From the NCBI GenBank assembly GCA_025451145.1, contig JANWKX010000015.1, positions 1 through 58,599 of the forward strand: 58,599 nt of DNA. The letters run 5' to 3'. Below the pieces are notes generated by a model. The model was not told where the DNA came from and did not search any database. It saw only the letters and a program-made list of their open reading frames with translations. The stretch is from Vampirovibrionales bacterium (GTDB lineage: Bacteria > Cyanobacteriota > Vampirovibrionia > Vampirovibrionales > JAGQHJ01). This document shows, one piece after another, positions 27,553 through 36,234 of the stretch. The translations under genes were made by a program, and so were the position numbers. Numbering within the stretch: the first letter of the stretch is position 1; the number at the start of each line of letters is the position of its first letter.

Positions 27553-27969
27553 TTAAACGTTAGCCGATTCCTCAACAAAGGCCAAATATTTTTCGGCAGT
27601 CATCAGGCCTTTCAACTGATCCGGGGCTTTTAATAAAATTTCAATCATCCAGCCATCCCCGTAACAATTATCATTCACCAACTCGGGTTCACTGGCAAGC
27701 TGAGTGTTGACGGCCAAAACTTCACCTGAGACAGGAATATAGAGATCAGAAGCCGCTTTGACACTTTCAATGGTGCCGTAAGTATCACCTTGTTCAAAGC
27801 TTTCGCCAACGTCAGGCAATTCGACATACACGATATCGCCCAGTTGCTCGGTGGCAAAATGGGAAATGCCAACACGGGCCCGATCTTCGCCTTCCTCCCA
27901 TAGCACATATTCGTGGGTTTCGTTGAATAATGTCCCTGGGGGAATATCAAAATCTTGGGGTTTTGCCAT
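27553..27969 (-). CDS. gcvH: glycine cleavage system protein H
   Basis: 138 aa with the lipoyl-lysine motif 'TIESVKAASDLY' and 'THEYV...ARVGISHFA'. Confidence 0.93.
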   Translation of the reverse strand: MAKPQDFDIPPGTLFNETHEYVLWEEGEDRARVGISHFATEQLGDIVYVELPDVGESFEQGDTYGTIESVKAASDLYIPVSGEVLAVNTQLASEPELVNDNCYGDGWMIEILLKAPDQLKGLMTAEKYLAFVEESANV

Positions 27970-27983
27970 TGACTCTGGTCCTC

Positions 27984-29123
27984 TTATCTGCGATAAAACG
28001 GGCGTTCAACAACTTGTGCATCCATCATGGTGCCTCGAATTTGCACTTTTAGGAGTGTGCCGGGCACCAGAGGTCTCTCTGAACGAATATAACCGACTCC
28101 TATCGGTTTACCAAGTGTCGGTGAAATGGAACCGCTGGTGACCTCACCGATAGGGTTTCCCTCAGTATCATATAAGAGATCATGATGGCGGGGAATGGAT
28201 CTTTGAAGCATTTCAAAGCAGGTAAAATGCCGACTCAATCCTGTGGATTGTTGTGCCAAAAGGACCGACTTCCCGATAAAATCAGAGGCTTTCCCAATCT
28301 TTACGGACCATTCCAGGCCAGCTTCCAATGGCGAAATTGATTCGGACAGTTCTGCCCCGTGAAGCGGATAAGCGGCTTCCAGTCTTAAGGTGTCTCGTGC
28401 TGCCAAACCGATGGGTCTTAACCCTTGGCTTTCTCCTTTTTCCAGTAAAAGATTCCAGATGGCATCAACATGAGAAACCGGAATTAAGATTTCCACCCCA
28501 TCTTCACCGGTATAGCCGGTTCTGGAGAGGAGGACCGGCACGTCTTGAAAATGATATTCCCCAATGTGAAAGCGTTTTGGCAGAGGTTCCAGTGGGGTTA
28601 GCCCCGCAGCTTTCAAAACGTCCTGAAAGAGAGGACCTTGTAGTGCAATCAGCCCATAACGAGGATTGAGCCAGTCCACTTGAAAATTGGTAGGTAAATG
28701 GGCCTTTAACCAAGCAATAACAGGTTGGGTATTTGAGGCGTTACAAATGATCATAAATTCAGAGAATTCAGGGAAATCCGCAAAGATGGGCATTTGATAG
28801 ACGATGATATCATCGATAATGCCACCGGCTTCGTTTAACAGTTGCGTATAAACAGCCTTACCCGGATACAATTTGGACAAGTCCTGAGGGACGAGTGTGT
28901 CCAAGGCCTGCTGGGTCTGGGTCATATCTCCTGAGCGAATCGAGAGAACGCCCATATGGGCGATATCAAATAGCCCAGCCTGTTGCCGAACAGCATGGTG
29001 TTCTTCCAGCACTTTTCCAAACTGAAGCGGCATGTCCCATCCGCTAAATTCAACAAGCTTGGCGCCCCGTTGAAGGTGATTTTGGTGAAGCGGTGTTTTT
29101 TGTAAAGATAACTGTGTTGTCAT
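27984..29123 (-). CDS. gcvT: glycine cleavage system aminomethyltransferase T
   Basis: 379 aa with 'KTPLHQNHLQRGAKLVEFSGWDMPLQF', 'GLFDIAHMG', 'SRTGYTGEDG' and 'ARDTLRLEA'. Confidence 0.93.
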   Translation of the reverse strand: MTTQLSLQKTPLHQNHLQRGAKLVEFSGWDMPLQFGKVLEEHHAVRQQAGLFDIAHMGVLSIRSGDMTQTQQALDTLVPQDLSKLYPGKAVYTQLLNEAGGIIDDIIVYQMPIFADFPEFSEFMIICNASNTQPVIAWLKAHLPTNFQVDWLNPRYGLIALQGPLFQDVLKAAGLTPLEPLPKRFHIGEYHFQDVPVLLSRTGYTGEDGVEILIPVSHVDAIWNLLLEKGESQGLRPIGLAARDTLRLEAAYPLHGAELSESISPLEAGLEWSVKIGKASDFIGKSVLLAQQSTGLSRHFTCFEMLQRSIPRHHDLLYDTEGNPIGEVTSGSISPTLGKPIGVGYIRSERPLVPGTLLKVQIRGTMMDAQVVERPFYRR

Positions 29124-29224
29124 AATGCTTGATTGTGAATCAGACGAAAACGCCTTGTCAAGTGGGGTTCATCGTCTCAACACAAATCCATGGCAAAAAC
29201 CCCGATAACAATCCATTTCATTAG

Positions 29225-29262
29225 AAAAATCCCTGCTTCATGTTGATCAAGTCAGGGATTTT
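29225..29262 (-). terminator. rho-independent terminator between the small ORF and the gcvT promoter region
   Basis: A 9-bp stem AAATCCCTG / CAGGGATTT (29227-29235 and 29253-29261) with a 17-nt loop. On the minus strand it is followed by TTTTT. Confidence 0.6.
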
Positions 29263-29284
29263 ATTCCTATGGGACAAAAGAAAT

Positions 29285-29407
29285 CTAAACGAGGGTTAAC
29301 AGGGAAATTAAGGCAATTCCAATGGCGGCAAGTCCCAATTCCCACGAAATATCTCGAACCGCTAAGACTTTTACCAGCACTTTAGGCTCATTGGGTCGAT
29401 GCTTCAT
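29285..29407 (-). CDS. candidate 40-aa small membrane peptide (MKHRPNEPKVLVKVLAVRDISWELGLAAIGIALISLLTLV)
   Basis: It is below the cutoff of the supplied ORF track. The ATG at 29407 is preceded by AGGAG at 6-7 nt. It has a charged N-terminus and one C-terminal hydrophobic helix, and a strong terminator lies just downstream. Confidence 0.35.
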   Translation of the reverse strand: MKHRPNEPKVLVKVLAVRDISWELGLAAIGIALISLLTLV

Positions 29408-29492
29408 GAATTGCTCCTGTCCTATATTCGCACTCTTATACCCTGTATTTCGGCTGAAATGCCAATAACTTGAATGAGATGAGAGGGCTTTG

Positions 29493-30341
29493 TTACGTTT
29501 CTTTAAAAATCATCTGGGAAAGATTCATCTCGAAATCTTCTGGCAGACGCGTTTCAATGAGATTTGTGGATAAGCCCTGCTTGAGGTAAAACAGAAATTC
29601 TCGGTTTCCCTTGGGCCCTTGAATCGGGGATTCCGTGACAGCCTGAAGATACCAGTCTGGGAGTATTTCTAAAACACTTTTTGCAACAGCCTTTAAGATC
29701 TCAAAATGCGCTTGGGGCTGGGTGACGACGCCGTTAAATCCTTTTAAAGGGAAATAGTCCTTATATTCAAATTGGGGTTTGACCAGCGCGATAATTTCAC
29801 CAGTTTCAGTATCTTCTGGTATAAGAAGGCTTGCTACTTTTTGAATCACCTTTTTTATGGAGATAAAGGACACATCAATGACGGCTAAAGTGGGTCTTGG
29901 GTTGAGGATGTCCGCTTCGACGTCCAAAATATGGGTTTTTTCAAGGGAAACGACTTGAGGGTTTTGACGAAGTGCCCAATCCAACTGGGCCGTTCCCACA
30001 TCAATGGCAAATACACAAGAGGCACCATGCTGTAACAGGCAATCGGTAAACCCGCCAGTCGATGCGCCGACGTCCATACAGACCCTGTCTTGGATTGAAA
30101 CGCCAAAATCCTGGAGGGCTTTTTCAAGCTTTAAGCCCCCTCGACTGACATATCGAAGCCGCTCCTTGATCCGAATTTCAACCGTTTCAGCATAAAGTTG
30201 ACCCGGTTTATCGGCCACCTGATTATTAATGAGAACATTCCCGGATAAGATCAAGCCTTGGGCCTGAGTTCGGGTTTCACAAAGCCCCTTTTCCAAAAGG
30301 AGTTTGTCTAAGCGCTCTTTTTTCGTTTTTGGGTGGGCCAT
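29493..30341 (-). CDS. tlyA: TlyA-family rRNA (cytidine-2'-O)-methyltransferase
   Basis: N-terminal S4 domain ('RLDKLLLEKGLCETRTQAQGLILSGNVLIN') and FtsJ-like SAM motif 'DVGASTGGFTDCLLQHGA'. I chose the ATG at 30341, because the longer ORF would overlap the MFS gene. Confidence 0.88.
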   Translation of the reverse strand: MAHPKTKKERLDKLLLEKGLCETRTQAQGLILSGNVLINNQVADKPGQLYAETVEIRIKERLRYVSRGGLKLEKALQDFGVSIQDRVCMDVGASTGGFTDCLLQHGASCVFAIDVGTAQLDWALRQNPQVVSLEKTHILDVEADILNPRPTLAVIDVSFISIKKVIQKVASLLIPEDTETGEIIALVKPQFEYKDYFPLKGFNGVVTQPQAHFEILKAVAKSVLEILPDWYLQAVTESPIQGPKGNREFLFYLKQGLSTNLIETRLPEDFEMNLSQMIFKET

Positions 30342-30388
30342 GATACTAATCAATGCTTGGTTAAGGGTGATTGGGCCTCTGTCACGTT

Positions 30389-31702
30389 TCAGTGCCTGGC
30401 GGTAGACTCCTCTGAAAGGAGAATCGATTTGCCTTTGGTTTCCGGAAGACACAGAACAGCGACAACCCCTAGGATTAAAACGTATGAAATGGTTAACGCC
30501 GCTTCGGAAAAGGACCCATTGAAAAACCGCACCAACGTACCGCTATAAATGACCCCTAAAGCGGCCGCAATCCGTCCTAAATTAAAGCAAAACCCGGTAC
30601 CGCTGGCCCGAAGCTGGGTAGGGAATAATTCTGGCACATAAATATAGTTCACGCCAATGGCTATCCCGATAGAGAGCCCCATGGCTGCCCCCCAGAGGTA
30701 AATTGCGGGTGAAAAATGGGAGTTAAGTGCAAACATGCCAATGCTGGTGATTAAATAACAGACATTGGCGGTGACGACGGTCCATCGGCGGCCGATTTGT
30801 TCTGACAAATAGCCCGCCCAAACCGATCCACCCATGGCAAAAAACCCTTGAAGCAAGAGGATACTACTGACCTCGAAAATGGGTTTTTTCCCGGGGAGAA
30901 GTTGATGGATCCAGGCTGGAATCCAGAAAGAGGACGCCCAGTAGGTGATGAGCAATATGCCGGTAAAGGCGCTTGCAAAAAACAGGTTTCTAAAATGTTG
31001 GGGTTGGAATAAATCCCAATATTGGCTCTTTGTCTCACTGGTCTGACATGAAGCAACCCAAAAGGGGGATTCTTGAACTTTTCGGCGAATAAACATAACC
31101 ATTAGTGCTGGGAGCGCGCCCACCAAAAACAGATATCGCCATCCTAATTGGCCCAAAATGAGGTTACTTAAGCCAACCAGACAAAGTCCGCATTGGTAAG
31201 CCGTTGTGAGCCATCCAATAGCCTTGGAACGCTGGTTCTCCGGCCATGATTCTGCCAATAAAGTTGTTCCCACAATCAGTTCACCGCCAATGCCCAAAGC
31301 CGTCATAAAGCGAAAGAAGGCCAATTGCTGCCAGGTGTGGGCTAACCCGCAAAGACCTGTAAAGAGGGCATAAATCAGGATTGAGATGGATAAGGCTTTG
31401 ACCCGACCTATTCGATCCGCCAGGCCTCCAAATAAAGCCCCTCCGGCAGTCCAACCCAATAAGAACAAGGCCGCGACCCAGGAGCCTTTTTGGCTAATGA
31501 TAGCGGGATCGTGGGTATTGAGTAGCTCTGCAATGGCAACGGGCAGGATGGCAGTAAACAAGCTGGAATCCAAGCCGTCAAACATACCCCCTGCATAGCA
31601 GGTGCCGAAAACTTTCCACTGTGCCGGACAAATTTCTGTTGATATTGGGGCTTCTCGTAACCTCTCGGATCTTAATTGGCTCGCCAATGCCTGTTTCTCC
31701 AA
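30389..31702 (-). CDS. MFS transporter
   Basis: 437 aa with about 12 predicted TM helices. MFS motif A-like 'GGLADRIGRVKA' lies between TM2 and TM3. Confidence 0.88.
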   Translation of the reverse strand: MEKQALASQLRSERLREAPISTEICPAQWKVFGTCYAGGMFDGLDSSLFTAILPVAIAELLNTHDPAIISQKGSWVAALFLLGWTAGGALFGGLADRIGRVKALSISILIYALFTGLCGLAHTWQQLAFFRFMTALGIGGELIVGTTLLAESWPENQRSKAIGWLTTAYQCGLCLVGLSNLILGQLGWRYLFLVGALPALMVMFIRRKVQESPFWVASCQTSETKSQYWDLFQPQHFRNLFFASAFTGILLITYWASSFWIPAWIHQLLPGKKPIFEVSSILLLQGFFAMGGSVWAGYLSEQIGRRWTVVTANVCYLITSIGMFALNSHFSPAIYLWGAAMGLSIGIAIGVNYIYVPELFPTQLRASGTGFCFNLGRIAAALGVIYSGTLVRFFNGSFSEAALTISYVLILGVVAVLCLPETKGKSILLSEESTARH

Positions 31703-31907
31703 TTCATATTTTTTAAATTATACCCAAGTTATCGTCTTTAGAGGATCTCATATTACCCAGCGAAAGGCCATTTCATTGCTACAATAAGAGCAGAATTGTA
31801 ACGTTCCTTTACGATTTTCCCCGGATTCAAAAAATCAACCGTGATCTCCACGTTTGAGTGATCCATACTGGCACTGTAAAGAACTATCTTCAGTTAAGGG
31901 TGTGTAC

Positions 31908-33227
31908 ATGATGCTCCAGGCATTTTCAGGACTGATTGGTATTGTTGGGTTATTAGGACTGGCTTATTTATTGTCTAACAACCGAAAGGCCATCAATTGG
32001 CGCTTGGTTGGAAGCGGACTATTGATTCAAGTCATCGTGGCTATTTTTATTTTGAAATTTCCCTTAGGGCAAGTGATATTTCATGGCATTTCTCAAGGCA
32101 TTACAAAGCTCTTAGCCTTTTCCGACGCGGGTGCCGCTTTTGTTTTTGGTCCCTTGGTGTCTCAGCCCCAGACGCTTGCCAAACTCTTTGGACCGGCAGG
32201 CAGTCTAATTTTTGCCTTTAAACTCATTCCCACCATTATTTTTGTGGCAACCCTGGTGAGTCTGGCCTACCATCTAGGCATTATGCAGCATGTGATTCGG
32301 GCCTTTGCCTGGGTGGTCTCCAAAGTAATGGGTGCAAGTGGCGCCGAAGCCCTTTCTAACGTAGCCAGTATTTTTGTGGGTCAAGTGGAAGCCCAACTGA
32401 TGATTAAGCCCTATGTGGCCACCATGACCAATTCTGAACTGCTCACCGTGATGGCCGGAAGTATGGCCTGTATTGCCGGAGGCATTATGGCCGTTTACAT
32501 TCAAATGGGGATTCCAGCGTCTTATCTGTTGACAGCGAGCTTGATGGCGGCCCCAGGGGCTTTGGTGGTGGCTAAAATTGTTTATCCTGAAACCGAAGTG
32601 TCTCAAACCCAGGGCAGTGTGAAGCTGGAAGTGCCCAAAACGACGGTGAATCTCTTGGATGCGGCGGCCCATGGGGCTTCGGATGGCTTAAAAATTGGCT
32701 TACAAGTGGTTGCCATGTTGATCAGTTTTATTGCGCTCATTGCCATGGTGGATTGGGTGGTGGGTAAAATGGGGCAGGGGTTAAGCCATTTGGGTTTAAC
32801 ATTAAGCTTTATTGGATTGGATATCAATCATTTGACCCTACAAGACTTATTAGGCACTGCTTTTTCCGGTGTGGCCCTGGCTTTGGGTGTTCCGGCCCGT
32901 GACGCCATTACGGTTGGCGGTTTGATGGGGACCAAGATTGTCGTCAATGAATTTGTCGCTTACTCGAATTTGACGGGGATGATGACGCAAGCCAGCGCAG
33001 GCGGAAGCAGTATTTTGCCCATGGCCCCCAAATCGATGGCCATTGCTACCTTTGCCTTATGTGGCTTTGCCAATTTGAGTTCTATTGCCATGCAAGTAGG
33101 CGGTATTGGGGAAATTGCCCCCAACCGAAAGGCGGATCTGGCGCGTTTAGGATTTATGGCCCTTGTCTGTGGAACTATTGCCTCTTATATCTCCAGTGCG
33201 ATTGCCGGTATTCTGGTTTCTATTTAA
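31908..33227 (+). CDS. nupC: NupC/NupG-family concentrative nucleoside transporter
   Basis: Polytopic, with 'AFVFGPL', 'NVASIFVGQVEA', 'TNSELLTVMAGSMA' and 'LCGFANLSSIAMQVGGIG' motifs of the CNT family. I chose the ATG at 31908; the upstream in-frame start at 31854 is possible. Confidence 0.88.
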   Translation: MMLQAFSGLIGIVGLLGLAYLLSNNRKAINWRLVGSGLLIQVIVAIFILKFPLGQVIFHGISQGITKLLAFSDAGAAFVFGPLVSQPQTLAKLFGPAGSLIFAFKLIPTIIFVATLVSLAYHLGIMQHVIRAFAWVVSKVMGASGAEALSNVASIFVGQVEAQLMIKPYVATMTNSELLTVMAGSMACIAGGIMAVYIQMGIPASYLLTASLMAAPGALVVAKIVYPETEVSQTQGSVKLEVPKTTVNLLDAAAHGASDGLKIGLQVVAMLISFIALIAMVDWVVGKMGQGLSHLGLTLSFIGLDINHLTLQDLLGTAFSGVALALGVPARDAITVGGLMGTKIVVNEFVAYSNLTGMMTQASAGGSSILPMAPKSMAIATFALCGFANLSSIAMQVGGIGEIAPNRKADLARLGFMALVCGTIASYISSAIAGILVSI

Positions 33228-33934
33228 TCGAACGCCACCTGAAAAATGTTTTCAGGCAGGATGGACATATTGAGACAATGCCGACGAAGCTCTCGGACCG
33301 GCTGTCGTGGCCCCACAATATAAACCTGGCTTTTTGTTGGATAAAGGGTATGGCTTGAAACGCGGTCGCTGATATCATCGATGTCATATTCATGGGTCTG
33401 CATGACGGGATAGATTTCTAAATGGGGATATCGTTCAGCAGCCAAGGCGAGATCAAATTGATAAGGGATAGAGGTTTCATCCCGATTAATGGCGTAAAAA
33501 TGGAGAGCGGCACTCCAATTGGCGGGTAATTGATAAAATTCACGCATAAAGCCTCTGATAAGGCCTATTCCAGAGCCAAAACCGACCATATTGATAATTT
33601 TTTCCTTGGGAGGCTCAAACGAAAGTCCATCAAAGGGAGCGGAAATCGAGATTTTTTGTTGAGGGTGTGCATGATACAGTGCACCTGAAACACCCTTGAT
33701 ATTGACCAAATCAAAACAAATTTCAATGACATTATCTGCCATCAAAGAACAGATGCAGTAGGATTTAGGGGGTAAGTCGTGATATTCTCCTTCTGCCAGC
33801 TTCACCTGAATGACTTGTCCTGGTGAAAATCGAGGGTAGCTATAGGGAATCTCCAGAAACAGGGTCCGAATACAGGCAGTTTGCTCAACGATATTAGAGA
33901 CACGCGTGGTATAAAATTGGGTGGTGATGACCAT
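33224..33934 (-). CDS. ferredoxin-NADP reductase-like (FNR superfamily) protein with divergent cofactor motifs
   Basis: The two-domain layout is typical of FNR-like proteins, a beta-barrel segment followed by a 'MVGFGSGIGLIRGF' Rossmann-like segment. Canonical RxYS appears as 'KSYC' and GGxGxxP as 'GFGSGIG'. The ATG at 33934 is preceded by GAGGG at 7 nt; the ORF extends to 33964 (GTG). Confidence 0.5.
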   Translation of the reverse strand: MVITTQFYTTRVSNIVEQTACIRTLFLEIPYSYPRFSPGQVIQVKLAEGEYHDLPPKSYCICSLMADNVIEICFDLVNIKGVSGALYHAHPQQKISISAPFDGLSFEPPKEKIINMVGFGSGIGLIRGFMREFYQLPANWSAALHFYAINRDETSIPYQFDLALAAERYPHLEIYPVMQTHEYDIDDISDRVSSHTLYPTKSQVYIVGPRQPVRELRRHCLNMSILPENIFQVAFD

Positions 33935-34097
33935 GACGTTACCCTCAATCCACATCTGAACCACCTTGGATTGTGCCCATTCATGGCCTTTAGGTCCATT
34001 CTCACATGTGGGAATCTTTTGTGGTATCGGGGGCTTTATTTTAAGATATAAGTAAGTTGACTGGTCCTGTTGACCGACAAATGGATGAATAACCGCT

Positions 34098-34556
34098 GTG
34101 CATTTAAAAGAGGTTCCCTATATTCTGTCCCAGATGGCCGACCATCCTCATTCGGCCATTGAGGCACTTCAGGAGCTGAAAGCCTCTGTTGAGAAGACCA
34201 TCGATTATCTGGGAGACAGGAATACCATTCAGGCCCAGGCGTATTTGGAGCATGGGTTTACCAACATGATGGCAGCCTTCCATTTTCTCCAGATTGATTT
34301 GGAAAAAGTCGTTCAACGTGAAAAAAACCGTGGCCAGCAAGAGGCCCGCTTAAAATCAGACCGGGTCATTCTGGTTTTTTCGGATCACGCTGAGTTACGG
34401 GTTAAAGGGGAGCTGAGAGGGACCATCCCACTGTATAGCCAAGAAGATTATCAGGAGCTACGCCAGATTGCTCACCTCTTTCAATGCCGGATTGAGCAGG
34501 CTGACCATGTGCAACTGGATTTATTTGCAGCTTTAGTCACCTCTAAAGTGTCTTAA
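34098..34556 (+). CDS. hypothetical protein
   Basis: 152-aa ORF with a GTG start and no clear SD. The N-terminal half is helical and no motif is recognised. It ends 4 nt before the pseudouridine synthase gene. Confidence 0.45.
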   Translation: MHLKEVPYILSQMADHPHSAIEALQELKASVEKTIDYLGDRNTIQAQAYLEHGFTNMMAAFHFLQIDLEKVVQREKNRGQQEARLKSDRVILVFSDHAELRVKGELRGTIPLYSQEDYQELRQIAHLFQCRIEQADHVQLDLFAALVTSKVS

Positions 34557-34560
34557 TCGG

Positions 34561-35262
34561 ATGGACGTTCGCTTAAATAAATATATTGCCGATTGTACGG
34601 GAATCTCCCGTAGAAATGCCGATGCCTTGATTCAGGAGGGCAAGATTAGGGTAAATGGGAAGTTGCCTCAAGTGGGTCAGGCTGTTAATCCTGAAAAAGA
34701 CAAGGTTTTTCTGGAGGGGAAGCGCCTTTTACCCCAACGCAAGCAGTACATTGTGTTTTATAAGCCTGCCGGGTATATTACCACCCGCTCCGATCCTGAA
34801 GGTCGAAAAACCATTTATGATATCTTGCCGAATAAATATCAGGATTTAGACCCAGTAGGACGTTTAGATCGAGAATCCTCAGGCTTATTGATGCTCACCA
34901 ATGATGGCATGCTCGCCCAACGGCTCTCTCACCCCCGGTATGAACATGTCAAGATCTACCGGGTGATGGTGGATAAATCCCTCACGATGGAAATCTTAAA
35001 ACAGCTTGAAGAAGGGGTTTTGCTGCAGCCTGAGAATAAACTGGCCAAGGCCAAAGTGAAAGAAGTTCGTGATCTTAAAACCGTCATACTAGAGTTGGCG
35101 ACGGGGATGAATCGCCAAATCCGCCGGAGCTTTGAGGCCTTAGGGTATCAGGTAAAAGGCTTAAAGCGAATTGGCTTTGCAGGACTGACGCTTGGGAGCC
35201 TGAAGCCTGGTCAGGCGAGACCCTTAAAACCCTATGAGTTAAAACGTTTCATGAAGCGTTAA
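34561..35262 (+). CDS. pseudouridine synthase, RsuA/RluB/RluE/RluF family
   Basis: 233 aa with an N-terminal S4 domain ('RLNKYIADCTGISRRNADALIQEGKIRVNG') and the catalytic 'GRLDRESSGLLMLTNDG' motif. Confidence 0.88.
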   Translation: MDVRLNKYIADCTGISRRNADALIQEGKIRVNGKLPQVGQAVNPEKDKVFLEGKRLLPQRKQYIVFYKPAGYITTRSDPEGRKTIYDILPNKYQDLDPVGRLDRESSGLLMLTNDGMLAQRLSHPRYEHVKIYRVMVDKSLTMEILKQLEEGVLLQPENKLAKAKVKEVRDLKTVILELATGMNRQIRRSFEALGYQVKGLKRIGFAGLTLGSLKPGQARPLKPYELKRFMKR

Positions 35263-36230
35263 TGCAGGCCACCGGTGCTTTGGATGGTTGAACCCACCTG
35301 GCTGATGGCGTAAAGGACCATGGGACCCAGGATGACTATGAAAATCCCCGGGAAGAAAAACAGGTAAATGGGCAAAACCATTTTGACGGAGATTTTATTG
35401 GCGGCCGCTTCGGCCCGATGGAGGCGCTTTTGGCGAAGACCGTCCGATTGAATTTTTAAGGCCTGGACCACGCCAGTCCCCATCTCATAGGATTGCACCA
35501 AGGCATTGACAAGGGTATTCAGGTCTTCGACGCCAGTTCTTTCGGCTAAATTCAACAAGGCTTCTTTTCGGGGCTTACCAAAGCCAATATCTCTGGTATA
35601 TCGGATGAGTTCTTCTCGAAGGTATTCGGAGGTTTGAACCGATTCGGTTTTAGAAATCTTGGAAATGGCAATATCCAAGCCCAAACCCGCTTCTACGCAG
35701 ATAACCAGGAGATCCAAAAAGTCAGGGAGGGCTTTTCGAATACTATCCTGGCGTTTTACAGCTTGCTGAATCAGCCATAAAATCGGCAAGGCAAAGCCAA
35801 TGGCGCCAGCTGCAATGACCAGTAGAAAGCCAAGAATACCGGATACCAGGTGGTTCACAAAGACCAAAAATGCGGTATATCCCAGAAATCCGAATGTGCA
35901 AAGGCAATGGGCGCCCATGTAGGTTTTAAAATATTGGGGTTTAGAGTATCCAGCCTGAACCAGTTTTTGGCGAATCCAGGACTTCCCGGATATCGGCACA
36001 ATCACTTGGATGCGATCAGATAACGCTTGAACAAAGGGGATCAAGACCCGTTGTGAAAAGCTGTTATCAAACTTACGGGTCCGGCTCTGGAGGGGGGTAT
36101 TCTCGGCGGGACCGGTATCCAGGTTGCTCACCCGTGCCTTGACCTGGCTTTCATTTTGAGTCCGATTTAACCCAAAAACCAGCATGGTCAGGGTTGCAAA
36201 AATAAGAATGCCGAGAAAGACCAGTGTCAT
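35259..36230 (-). CDS. tadC: Flp pilus assembly inner-membrane protein TadC (T2SS F-family)
   Basis: 323 aa with an N-terminal TM, a cytoplasmic GspF-like domain ('LPDFLDLLVICVEAGLGLD') and C-terminal TMs. It is the last gene of the Tad operon. Confidence 0.85.
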   Translation of the reverse strand: MTLVFLGILIFATLTMLVFGLNRTQNESQVKARVSNLDTGPAENTPLQSRTRKFDNSFSQRVLIPFVQALSDRIQVIVPISGKSWIRQKLVQAGYSKPQYFKTYMGAHCLCTFGFLGYTAFLVFVNHLVSGILGFLLVIAAGAIGFALPILWLIQQAVKRQDSIRKALPDFLDLLVICVEAGLGLDIAISKISKTESVQTSEYLREELIRYTRDIGFGKPRKEALLNLAERTGVEDLNTLVNALVQSYEMGTGVVQALKIQSDGLRQKRLHRAEAAANKISVKMVLPIYLFFFPGIFIVILGPMVLYAISQVGSTIQSTGGLH

Positions 36231-36234
36231 GGGA

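Noticed and set aside
29124-29300. A glycine riboswitch expected upstream of gcvT.
   Set aside because: The available leader is only about 100 nt, bounded by a terminator. It lacks the tandem GGAGAG...CACCG-type aptamer cores.
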